From positions 4,703 to 68,702 of the forward strand of contig CALRBF010000003.1 of the NCBI GenBank assembly GCA_943354045.1: a stretch of 64,000 bases of DNA, written 5' to 3'. Under the pieces are notes generated by a model, which saw only the letters and a list, made by a program, of their open reading frames with translations, ran no database searches and was not told the DNA's origin. Below, in pieces: positions 10,331 to 18,998 of this stretch (position 1 is the first letter of the stretch; each line of letters begins with the position of its first letter). Source of the stretch: Parcubacteria group bacterium (lineage in GTDB: Bacteria > Patescibacteriota > Minisyncoccia > SW-4-49-11). Both the position numbers and the translations under genes were made by a program.

Positions 10331-11392
10331 TTAATATGACCTATCAGCAATATATGTAATCAGAGCATTTAATGCAATTCTTGTGTCCTCTGTAATATTA
10401 TTCTCCGCTCGCGTAATTTGTCGGGCCTGCTCTAAATACGATTGCACTTTAGCTCTCGCATATGAAAGAGCACCTGTGCGTTCAAATAAATTAATAATAG
10501 AAATTTGATCTGCATCTGTAAAAAATTCATTTCCCCAATAAGTTTGTAATACAGCAATATCTTTATCATTCCCCTGTTCAAGCACATATTGAGTCAAAAA
10601 AGTATGCTGATGCTCCCTAATATCCGATAATACTGATTTTTTAATAATATTAGGGTCAGCAATAATATCTAAAATATCATCTTGAGTTTGAAAAGCAAGT
10701 CCCAAAGCAATACCAAAGTCAACACAAAACTGCTCTAATTCTTTTCCTTTGCCCACCAAAGTTACTCCTATTTGCATAGGGCGCACAAAAGTATAACCAG
10801 CTGTTTTTAATCGCATTTTTGTTTCAATCAAATCAGCGTCAATTGAGTCCCTCGTCATAACATTCACATCAATCATTTGTCCTACCGCAACCTCATCAAT
10901 CATTTGATAGAATATTTTCCAAGCAGCGTTATGATAAGGTAATTGCTGAAACTCATGAAATCGTCCAATAGCCCAAGAAAACAACAAGTCCCCAATCAAA
11001 ATTGCCTGAGAATGTCCATAATGCACTCTATTCCTAACACTTCTATGATTATCTTGTATACTATTGGATACAAAAGTATGTACGGTATCTACTCTATGCC
11101 GTATTTTTCCTTCATCAATTACATCATCATGCACCAAGGCAAAAGCATGAAAAATTTCAAGAGATACTAATAAATCTAAGATAATATCTGGACTTTCTCC
11201 CCCCAAGGTTTCATATAGAGTATAGGCCATATAAGGACGAATACATTTCCCCCCCCCAATAATAGCTTTGACATAATGAATAATATTTAAAATTTCCTCA
11301 TCTTGAGTATAAAGGGAATATTCTACAAATTTTTGATCAAGAGCTTTCTCAAGAAGAGGTTGAAATTTTTCTTTAAATATCTTTATATTCAT
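10331..11392 (-). CDS. Polyprenyl diphosphate synthase (FPP/GGPP synthase family)
   Basis: 353 aa. FARM (LVHDDVID) and SARM (QDDILD) motifs. Confidence 0.8.
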   Translation of the reverse strand: MNIKIFKEKFQPLLEKALDQKFVEYSLYTQDEEILNIIHYVKAIIGGGKCIRPYMAYTLYETLGGESPDIILDLLVSLEIFHAFALVHDDVIDEGKIRHRVDTVHTFVSNSIQDNHRSVRNRVHYGHSQAILIGDLLFSWAIGRFHEFQQLPYHNAAWKIFYQMIDEVAVGQMIDVNVMTRDSIDADLIETKMRLKTAGYTFVRPMQIGVTLVGKGKELEQFCVDFGIALGLAFQTQDDILDIIADPNIIKKSVLSDIREHQHTFLTQYVLEQGNDKDIAVLQTYWGNEFFTDADQISIINLFERTGALSYARAKVQSYLEQARQITRAENNITEDTRIALNALITYIADRSY

Positions 11393-11515
11393 GATTATCT
11401 ATACAATGACTATTAACATACTATACTTTATTTAGTCTATACTATATTCTTATTCTTGACAATAAAAACCGGTTTTACCCGGCTTTTATTGTCAGTCTTC
11501 TCAATTTAGATAAAA

Positions 11516-11755
11516 TTATTTCTTATCTTGTTGTAATTCCTTGAGAGAATCTTGCTGTTTTTGTTGAGCTTGATCTTGCTTATATTCTTGATATGCATTA
11601 AATCCTAATGCTGTCAAAACATAAACAGCTTGATACAATATTATTCCACCAGCAACTAATACAATCATTGATTTTAATGCATACCTTGTAACAATTTCAG
11701 TTCTTGCAATAAATTCTTTGTGACTTGGATGCTTTTCTAATAATTTTTTACTCAT
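11516..11755 (-). CDS. Small hypothetical protein with one predicted TM helix
   Basis: 79 aa ORF with a hydrophobic core (MIVLVAGGIILYQAVYVLTALGF). No recognisable family. Confidence 0.35.
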   Translation of the reverse strand: MSKKLLEKHPSHKEFIARTEIVTRYALKSMIVLVAGGIILYQAVYVLTALGFNAYQEYKQDQAQQKQQDSLKELQQDKK

Positions 11756-11906
11756 ATTTATGATTATTACTTAATATGATAATATTATATCATATTAACC
11801 ATTATCTTACAATATCTTACAATAGATACATTATATTTATGTACAAAATAGCAATTATAAGCTATACTATACTTAATTCTTATATCAAGGTAAATTTTAG
11901 TTTTAT

Positions 11907-12371
11907 ATGACACAGGGTAAATTACGGAAAAATGTACTTGCTATCATCTTTGATGCAGATGGCAATGTACTTATTGTATCAAGATCCAATGACCCTCTTC
12001 ATTGGCAATTTCCTCAGGGAGGAGTAAATGAGGGTGAGACCAATCAAGAGGCGGTACTACGGGAATTAGGAGAAGAACTACATACTACAGAATTTAATCT
12101 CTTGGCTGAGTGTTCTGAAAAACATATATATCGCTGGGCAAAAAAATTAATTCGTGATGAAAATCTAGGCCAGGAACAAACTATTATGTTACTCAAATTT
12201 ACGGGAAATACCAAATCAATACAAGTGGATCGCCGCGAACTTGGAGGGTTTTTATGGGTACCTCAAGATAAAATTGAAATTTTCCTACATGAATACCGTA
12301 AGCCCGTATGGAATATTGTATTAAAACATTATTCCAAAGAGCAAATTACTTCTTTATTGACTAATGAATAA
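11907..12371 (+). CDS. NUDIX hydrolase
   Basis: 154 aa. Nudix box GGVNEGETNQEAVLRELGEELH (Gx5Ex7REUxEExGU). Confidence 0.8.
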   Translation: MTQGKLRKNVLAIIFDADGNVLIVSRSNDPLHWQFPQGGVNEGETNQEAVLRELGEELHTTEFNLLAECSEKHIYRWAKKLIRDENLGQEQTIMLLKFTGNTKSIQVDRRELGGFLWVPQDKIEIFLHEYRKPVWNIVLKHYSKEQITSLLTNE

Positions 12372-12374
12372 TAT

Positions 12375-13598
12375 ATGTATCAATCATCTCTTATTTCTAA
12401 AACTCGCAAACAAATCAGCCAATCCGAGGAGTCTTTAAATGCCCAAATTCTTATCAAGGCTGGATTTGTTGATCAAGTTATGGCAGGAGTATATGCCTAT
12501 TTGCCTTTGGGTTATCGTGTTATTCAAAATATTGAAAAGATTGTAAGAGAAGAATTAGCAGCTATATCAGCTCAAGAAATTCTCTTACCAGCCCTACAAC
12601 CAAAATCTTATTGGGAAAAAACTGGGCGCTGGGATAATCTCGATGTTTTATATCGTTTTACCTCATATTATACTAATACTGAATTAGCTCTTGGCTCTAC
12701 CCATGAAGAAATTATCACCCCACTTGCTCAAAACTTAATTCAATCCTATCAAGATTTACCTTTGGCAGCCTATCAAATTCAAACTAAATTTAGAGATGAG
12801 AAACGAGCAAAATCTGGATTGCTACGGGGAAGAGAATTTATTATGAAAGATTTGTATTCTTTTCATAGTAATAGTGAAGATTTGGATGCATATTATGATA
12901 TTGTTATTCAAGCCTATATCAATATTTATAAGAGACTTGGACTTGGAGATAAGACGCTCAAAACATATGCTTCTGGTGGGAGTTTTAGTAAATATTCTCA
13001 TGAATTTCAGACTTTATCAGATATTGGAGAAGATACCATATTTGTATGTGAGAAATGTAATATTGCTATAAATCAAGAAATTATCGATGAGCAAAATACT
13101 TGTCCTGAATGTGGAAATAGTGATTTGATTGAAAAAAAAGCTATTGAAGTTGGTAATATTTTTAAATTACAAACAAAATATTCTGATGCTTTTGGACTTG
13201 AGTTTACTGATGATAAAGGACAAAATAAGCCCGTAATTATGGGATGTTATGGGATTGGGATTTCACGACTTATGGGAACTATCGTAGAAATATTTGCTGA
13301 GAATAATGCAAAAATGCTATGGCCAGCTGAAATAAGTCCTTTTGATACACATATTATTGTACTCAATACCGATTCTGCTGAAGTGAAAAATAAAGCTGAA
13401 GAGCTTTATCAGCAGTATCAAAAAAATGGAAAATCCGTATTATTTGACAGTCGTGATGAAAGACCAGGTGTTAAATTTGCTGATGCTGATTTGATTGGAA
13501 TTCCTGAAAGAATTATTATAAGTAAAAAAAGTTTAGAGCAAAATGGAGTCGAGATAAATGGGGTTATTATCCCTTTTGAAAAAATCTATAAATTCTAA
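12375..13598 (+). CDS. proS: Prolyl-tRNA synthetase, minimal bacterial-type lacking the INS editing domain
   Basis: 407 aa. Class II motif 2 YQIQTKFRDEKRAKSGLLRGREFIMKDLYSFH is near-identical to the E. coli ProRS motif 2. Motif 3 GCYGIGISR is present, as is a C-terminal class II anticodon-binding domain. An internal C-x2-C...C-x2-C zinc ribbon is also present. Confidence 0.8.
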   Translation: MYQSSLISKTRKQISQSEESLNAQILIKAGFVDQVMAGVYAYLPLGYRVIQNIEKIVREELAAISAQEILLPALQPKSYWEKTGRWDNLDVLYRFTSYYTNTELALGSTHEEIITPLAQNLIQSYQDLPLAAYQIQTKFRDEKRAKSGLLRGREFIMKDLYSFHSNSEDLDAYYDIVIQAYINIYKRLGLGDKTLKTYASGGSFSKYSHEFQTLSDIGEDTIFVCEKCNIAINQEIIDEQNTCPECGNSDLIEKKAIEVGNIFKLQTKYSDAFGLEFTDDKGQNKPVIMGCYGIGISRLMGTIVEIFAENNAKMLWPAEISPFDTHIIVLNTDSAEVKNKAEELYQQYQKNGKSVLFDSRDERPGVKFADADLIGIPERIIISKKSLEQNGVEINGVIIPFEKIYKF

Positions 13599-13600
13599 AT

Positions 13601-13640
13601 AAAAAATCTCTCTGTATAAAAGAGAGATTTTTTATTTATA
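13601..13640. terminator. Bidirectional rho-independent terminator between convergent proS and the S41 protease gene
   Basis: Stem of ~10 bp or more (aaaatctctct / agagagatttt) with a 7-nt loop, A-run upstream and T-run downstream. Confidence 0.7.
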
Positions 13641-13645
13641 GTCCT

Positions 13646-14833
13646 TTATAAGGTTTTAATAATTTCTAAAGCTTTATCTAATTGGGGATCTTTTTTATCT
13701 TTAATATCCTCTGCTTTTAACTCAACTTCTATATCAGGCTTAATACCTTCTTTATTGATAGCTTTCCCTGATGGAGTAAACCATTCAGCAATAGTATATT
13801 TGAGCACTGACCCATCTGGAAACTCTTGAATACTTTGTACCACACCTTTTCCAAAAGTCTTTTTACCGATCAGCTGAGTCTTTTTTAAATCTCTTAATGC
13901 ACCCGCTACAATTTCTGAGGCTGAGGCTGATCCCTCATTAACTAATACTACTAATTTAATATCACTATATTTGGGATTTTTTTTCGTTTTTAATTCTTCT
14001 AACACTTTATCATTTTTACTTTTTTCCGTTACGGCAATAGAGCCTTTAGGAGCAAATAATTCTATTATCTCTACTGCAGATTGTAAATATCCTCCAGGAT
14101 TATTCCTGAAGTCCAATACTACTTTTTTGACACCCTTTTGATTAAGTTCAGCTAATTTAGAATCTAATTCCTGAGCTGTCTCAGCTTGAAATTGAGAAAT
14201 AGAAATTATAGCAATACCATCTTTTTCCTCAATTTTAATATTAGGAATATCTATTATTTCCCTAATAATAGTAAATGTTTTAAGTCCATCTTGATCTTTT
14301 CTTGCTATTTCTAATTTAACTTCAGTTCCCTTTTCTCCTCTTATTTTAGTTACAGCTTTTTCTACACTAAGCCCAATAGTACTTTCCCCATTAATAGTCA
14401 CAATTTCATCCCCAGGTAATAAACCGGCCTTATTGGCTGGAGTTCCATCAATAGGGGCTACAATAATAAGTTTATCTTCCTTTAAGCCGATTTCCGCACC
14501 AATACCTTCAAATTTTCCCTCTAAATTCTCTTGAAATGAATTATATTCATCTTTTGAAAAATATACGGTATAGGGGTCATCAAGAGAATTCACTAAACCC
14601 TTAATTGAACCTAATTCTATATCTTTTTTATCATTAATTTGATCAGGATATAAATATTTATCTCGTAAAAAACTATATACATTTTGTAATCCTTTTGTTT
14701 CAAAATTATTAGAACTAGAAGATAAAGGAGTATTACCAATAAAACTATGCACATAATCATCGAAATACAAACCGCCTAATACAAAGGAGATTCCAAGTAA
14801 TATAATGGTAAAGAGAATATTGAGAGGTTTCAT
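13646..14833 (-). CDS. Carboxyl-terminal processing protease (S41 family) with PDZ domain
   Basis: 395 aa. N-terminal TM, PDZ (GLLPGDEIVTINGEST), S41 catalytic region (LVNEGSASASEIVAGAL). Confidence 0.85.
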   Translation of the reverse strand: MKPLNILFTIILLGISFVLGGLYFDDYVHSFIGNTPLSSSSNNFETKGLQNVYSFLRDKYLYPDQINDKKDIELGSIKGLVNSLDDPYTVYFSKDEYNSFQENLEGKFEGIGAEIGLKEDKLIIVAPIDGTPANKAGLLPGDEIVTINGESTIGLSVEKAVTKIRGEKGTEVKLEIARKDQDGLKTFTIIREIIDIPNIKIEEKDGIAIISISQFQAETAQELDSKLAELNQKGVKKVVLDFRNNPGGYLQSAVEIIELFAPKGSIAVTEKSKNDKVLEELKTKKNPKYSDIKLVVLVNEGSASASEIVAGALRDLKKTQLIGKKTFGKGVVQSIQEFPDGSVLKYTIAEWFTPSGKAINKEGIKPDIEVELKAEDIKDKKDPQLDKALEIIKTL

Positions 14834-14843
14834 AATGACAATT

Positions 14844-15665
14844 TTATGTTAATTGATGAGGATTAGGTCTTAGCCAAGTTTTAAGAAAAAATGTAATACC
14901 ATCTTGAATATGTATCCAATATGCTTTACTAAATAGTAATTTTAAGAATATTCCATTTTGACTTGATTTGCGATGATAATGATACATTTGTACTTCGGGA
15001 AAATATATAACTTTTTTCTTTATTGACCAAATTTGCCAAGCAAAATAGGTATCTGATAAATAGAGAAACATATCTTCATCTAAATATCCTATTTCCTCTA
15101 CAATAGCTTTTGGGAACATATAGGCAGCTCCCAATACCCAATCGACTTCTTTAGTTGAATTGTGATCCCAGTCAGCCATACGAAAATGGGCTAAAGCTTT
15201 TTGTGCAAATGGTAATAGCCCTATTGGGGTTCTACGATAAAGAGCAATGAATGGAGTTAAGAAGTGATAACTTGACTCTTGAATTGATCCATCAAAATTA
15301 AGAAGTTGTGGAGAAATAATTCCAACAGAAGGGTTATTATCTAAATATTCCACCATTTTCTCTACAATACCAGGTTCAATAAAGGCATCAGTATTCAGAT
15401 TAAATATATACTGAGCTTCAGCTTTCTTAACACAAGCATTTACCCCCTTAGTATAGCCGGTATTTTGTAGTTGTCTTAAAAAAATAATTTCTGGGTATTT
15501 GCTCCTAATTTCCTCCTCCACCTCTTCAGCATCTCGTGAAGCATTATCTAGTACGATAATTTGAAAAGGGATATTAATATGAGCCTGATAAATTTTTTTC
15601 AAACAGTAAAGTAATAATTCCTTTGTATTATAATTAACAATAGTTAATGCTACCTTATATTTCAT
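14844..15665 (-). CDS. Glycosyltransferase family 2
   Basis: 273 aa. GT-A fold N-terminal signature (VALTIVNYNTKE ... LDNASRD). Confidence 0.7.
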   Translation of the reverse strand: MKYKVALTIVNYNTKELLLYCLKKIYQAHINIPFQIIVLDNASRDAEEVEEEIRSKYPEIIFLRQLQNTGYTKGVNACVKKAEAQYIFNLNTDAFIEPGIVEKMVEYLDNNPSVGIISPQLLNFDGSIQESSYHFLTPFIALYRRTPIGLLPFAQKALAHFRMADWDHNSTKEVDWVLGAAYMFPKAIVEEIGYLDEDMFLYLSDTYFAWQIWSIKKKVIYFPEVQMYHYHRKSSQNGIFLKLLFSKAYWIHIQDGITFFLKTWLRPNPHQLT

Positions 15666-15666
15666 A

Positions 15667-16725
15667 TTATTTTTTGGTATCTTGAGTATTCACTATAGGG
15701 AAAATATCTTTAATATCCTCTTTAAAAGCATTAAAGTTACCCGTTTTTGGTATAATCACATATCCTATACCAGGTTCTGTTTTAGAGGTAAAAGGTCCAT
15801 CAGCAGATGTGTCATATCCTTTTTGAATCATTGCATCTAAATCAAGGTCATTGAGAGTATTTACTGTAGTCTTTAATTCATCTAATGTCATAGTTGTTTT
15901 AACATGACTTCCCAAATTATTTAATGTATTAATTAAAAATACCGGATTTTTAAGGGCGTCTGTTTGTTGGGCCTTATCTTTTATCGCAGTTAATACTTCT
16001 CTTTGTCTTCGAGAACGATCAAAGTCACTACTACTTAATCTCGCCCATACATATTTGAGAGCTCTATCACTATTCAAATCATTAGGTCCTTTTTTTACTC
16101 GAATCCCCCCCTCATAATTAGGATCATAAAAGTCACTCGCAGCATTGACTGTGATTCCCCCTAATGCATCGATAATTCCCTTGAAAGCAATAAAGTCTAC
16201 ACTAATTCCATAATGCATAGGAAGTCCTGTCATTTCCTCTAATACTTTCATAGTATATTGTAGTCCTTGAGGGGGCTTTTGTTGTGACCCTATGGCATGA
16301 GCAGAGTTTAATTTTCCATAATTTTGAGTGCCTGGAATTTTAATTTTTAAATCCCGAGGAATAGAAATCATAGCCACCTGCTTGCTATCATTCTTAATAG
16401 AGATAATCATTATAGAGTCTGATAATAATCCTCCATTGGGATCATTTTCTCCTCGCATACCCAATAATACAATATTAGTTCTGCCATCATCTGATTTTAA
16501 CTCTTTACTAGGTGCTCCTGGTAATAAAGAACGGGCTGTGTCAAAAATAGACTGCTTTTCTCCTGTGATATTATTAATTGATTTATTGGCCTGATATCCA
16601 AAATATCCAAGTACTGATATTGCTATCAACAAAGTTACCCCTAATACAATAAGAATTATTTTCTTCCAAGATTTCATCTTTTTCTTAGTTTTATGATGCT
16701 CATTTGTAGGAATAATTTTTCTCAT
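15667..16725 (-). CDS. LCP family (LytR-CpsA-Psr) cell-envelope phosphotransferase
   Basis: 352 aa. N-terminal TM and LCP core (RTNIVLLGMRGE ... ISIPRDL). Confidence 0.8.
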   Translation of the reverse strand: MRKIIPTNEHHKTKKKMKSWKKIILIVLGVTLLIAISVLGYFGYQANKSINNITGEKQSIFDTARSLLPGAPSKELKSDDGRTNIVLLGMRGENDPNGGLLSDSIMIISIKNDSKQVAMISIPRDLKIKIPGTQNYGKLNSAHAIGSQQKPPQGLQYTMKVLEEMTGLPMHYGISVDFIAFKGIIDALGGITVNAASDFYDPNYEGGIRVKKGPNDLNSDRALKYVWARLSSSDFDRSRRQREVLTAIKDKAQQTDALKNPVFLINTLNNLGSHVKTTMTLDELKTTVNTLNDLDLDAMIQKGYDTSADGPFTSKTEPGIGYVIIPKTGNFNAFKEDIKDIFPIVNTQDTKK

Positions 16726-17840
16726 AGTGTATCTACTTTTTTAATCACTTCAAGTGTTTCTTTGGCACATCTTTGCCAAGAAAATTGTTTAACTCGTTTT
16801 AAACCTTTTTGCCGCATTTCTTGTCTTAATTTTGAATTAGTACATACAGTATCTAATACTTTTACCATATCGTCAATATTATGAGGGTCAAAGGAAAGAC
16901 TTGCATCCCCTCCCACCTCTACAAGACTTGGAGTATTAGAGACCAGAGTAGGGACGCCGCAAGCCATAGCTTCTAGTATAGGTAAGCCAAATCCTTCATA
17001 AAAACTTGGTAATATGAATATATTAGCACCCCATAATAATGGACTTAATTCCGCATCTTCAAATCGCCCGGTAAAAATAATATCCCCGCTATAATCATCT
17101 CCTATATCCTTCATAACTTCTTCTACCATCCAAGCTTTTGCCCCTGCAATAACAAGTTGATATTCATGGGATGTATTGTGCCGTAACTTCTGATAGGCTT
17201 TGATTAATCCCTGAATATTTTTGCGGGGCTGCACATTACCAATATACAGTATATAAGGTTTTGTAATACCATACTTCACCTTAACTTCATCTACCATATG
17301 CTGCTCTCCATCTTTTATTAACCGAAATCTATCTGTATCCACCCCATGATACACAACGGTAATACGATTAGGGTTAATATGATAAAATTTAATAATATCT
17401 TGTTTTGTGGCTTCAGTAATTGCAATTAGATGATTTGCTTTAGTAATTGCTTCTCTAACATATAATTTATGTAAGAAGGCATCCCTAGCGGGAAATGTTT
17501 CTGGATATAAAAGAAACGCTAAATCATGAATAGTAACAACAGATTTTTGTTTACGTGGCTTTAAGAATGGAAGCATTTGAATGGGCATAAACAAAATATC
17601 TGGTTTATCACGCCGCAATAAAAAGGGGAATACTCTTTGTGTCCACATAAAAGGAGCCTGATTCACTTTATGTTCAAAATTAGGAGCTTCTACTCTTTTC
17701 CCATTGGGTTTATTATAATAAAACATATATTGATTTTCTGTATCAATATCCCGAAGACCTCGAAATAAATTAAGCATATAGGTTTGATTCCCATCTTCTC
17801 TTTCTTGACATAAATGTGAGGCATGTACTGCAATTTTCAT
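16722..17840 (-). CDS. Glycosyltransferase family 4 (GT-B, group 1)
   Basis: 372 aa. C-terminal EX7E-region signature GFGLPILEAMACGVPTLVS. Confidence 0.8.
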   Translation of the reverse strand: MKIAVHASHLCQEREDGNQTYMLNLFRGLRDIDTENQYMFYYNKPNGKRVEAPNFEHKVNQAPFMWTQRVFPFLLRRDKPDILFMPIQMLPFLKPRKQKSVVTIHDLAFLLYPETFPARDAFLHKLYVREAITKANHLIAITEATKQDIIKFYHINPNRITVVYHGVDTDRFRLIKDGEQHMVDEVKVKYGITKPYILYIGNVQPRKNIQGLIKAYQKLRHNTSHEYQLVIAGAKAWMVEEVMKDIGDDYSGDIIFTGRFEDAELSPLLWGANIFILPSFYEGFGLPILEAMACGVPTLVSNTPSLVEVGGDASLSFDPHNIDDMVKVLDTVCTNSKLRQEMRQKGLKRVKQFSWQRCAKETLEVIKKVDTL

Positions 17841-18907
17841 GAATTCTTTGTATTATTTTCAAGAGCTTGTATTCCGGGTAATTGCCCTTTTTGAGCTATA
17901 TACTCAAGTATAGCTCCACCCCCAGTTGAGATAAAATCTATTTTTGATTCTTGATGTAAATTATAAATTTCATCTACCGTTTCTCCCCCACCAAGTACGG
18001 AATAACTCGATTCATTCTGAGCAATAGCTTCCGCTATATATTGAGTTCCCTCATCATAGGGTTTTTCCTCAAAATAACCCAAAGGACCATTCCAAACAAT
18101 AGTTGCGGCTTTATGAATATATTCCCCAAACAATGCTCTTGTTTTTGGGCCAATATCATATTTTTCTGCCCCTACAAAATCAATGGGTAATATAATTTTT
18201 TCACTTTGCGCCTGACCATATTCATCAATATATTCATTAGCAATTTTACCTCCAACCAATACATAGTCAAATATTTCTTCTAATACCGCTATTACTGGTA
18301 ATTTGGTAGATATTTTAGCTCCTCCAATAATTGCTATTGCGGGTTTGTCGGGACTCATTAATATATGGGTCAATACTTCAATTTCTTGAGCTAATTGAAG
18401 ACCTGCAAATGATGGTAAATATTCCGTAATAGCGGATACCGAAGCATGTTCTCGATGAGATACTGAGAAAGCATCATTAACATATATATCTCCTAATTGT
18501 GCCAAAGAAAAAGCAAATTCTTTATCATTTGATTCTTCCCTGGCATCAAAGCGAATATTCTCCAAAAACACTATCTCCCCATCTTGAAGATTTGCAATAC
18601 TATCCGTACTGATTTCATTTATTGGTTTATCGATAAATGTTACTGGAAATTCCCCCAATTCTCCTAATACTTGCGCAATATATTTCAAAGATAATCCCTC
18701 AATTCCTGATTCTTGAGGATTTCCCAGATGCGCAATTAATATAATTTTAGTTTCTTTTTCTCGAAAATATTGAATGGTCGCTAAAGCTTTTTTAATACGA
18801 AAAGTATCCTGAGGATATCCTTCAGCATTAACAGGTTCATTAACATCAATTCGTATTAAAACGTTTTTTCCTTTAAGAGAATAAGGAATATCTGGAATAT
18901 ATTTCAT
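17837..18907 (-). CDS. pgk: Phosphoglycerate kinase (compact)
   Basis: 356 aa. N-terminal substrate-binding motif (LIRIDVNEPV), hinge and C-terminal nucleotide-binding region (NGPLGYFE). Confidence 0.85.
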   Translation of the reverse strand: MKYIPDIPYSLKGKNVLIRIDVNEPVNAEGYPQDTFRIKKALATIQYFREKETKIILIAHLGNPQESGIEGLSLKYIAQVLGELGEFPVTFIDKPINEISTDSIANLQDGEIVFLENIRFDAREESNDKEFAFSLAQLGDIYVNDAFSVSHREHASVSAITEYLPSFAGLQLAQEIEVLTHILMSPDKPAIAIIGGAKISTKLPVIAVLEEIFDYVLVGGKIANEYIDEYGQAQSEKIILPIDFVGAEKYDIGPKTRALFGEYIHKAATIVWNGPLGYFEEKPYDEGTQYIAEAIAQNESSYSVLGGGETVDEIYNLHQESKIDFISTGGGAILEYIAQKGQLPGIQALENNTKNS

Positions 18908-18998
18908 ATATTATTAGTATATCATATTCAATAATTATTGCCCATATAGTTTAGACAGGCTCAAAAGTATATGTTATACTAAATTATATATATATGCC

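Noticed and set aside
11450-11500. Possible terminator downstream of the 79-aa minus-strand ORF (aagccgggtaaaaccggttttt on the minus strand)
   Set aside because: Only a 4-bp CCGG self-complementary stem is convincing, which is too weak to call.
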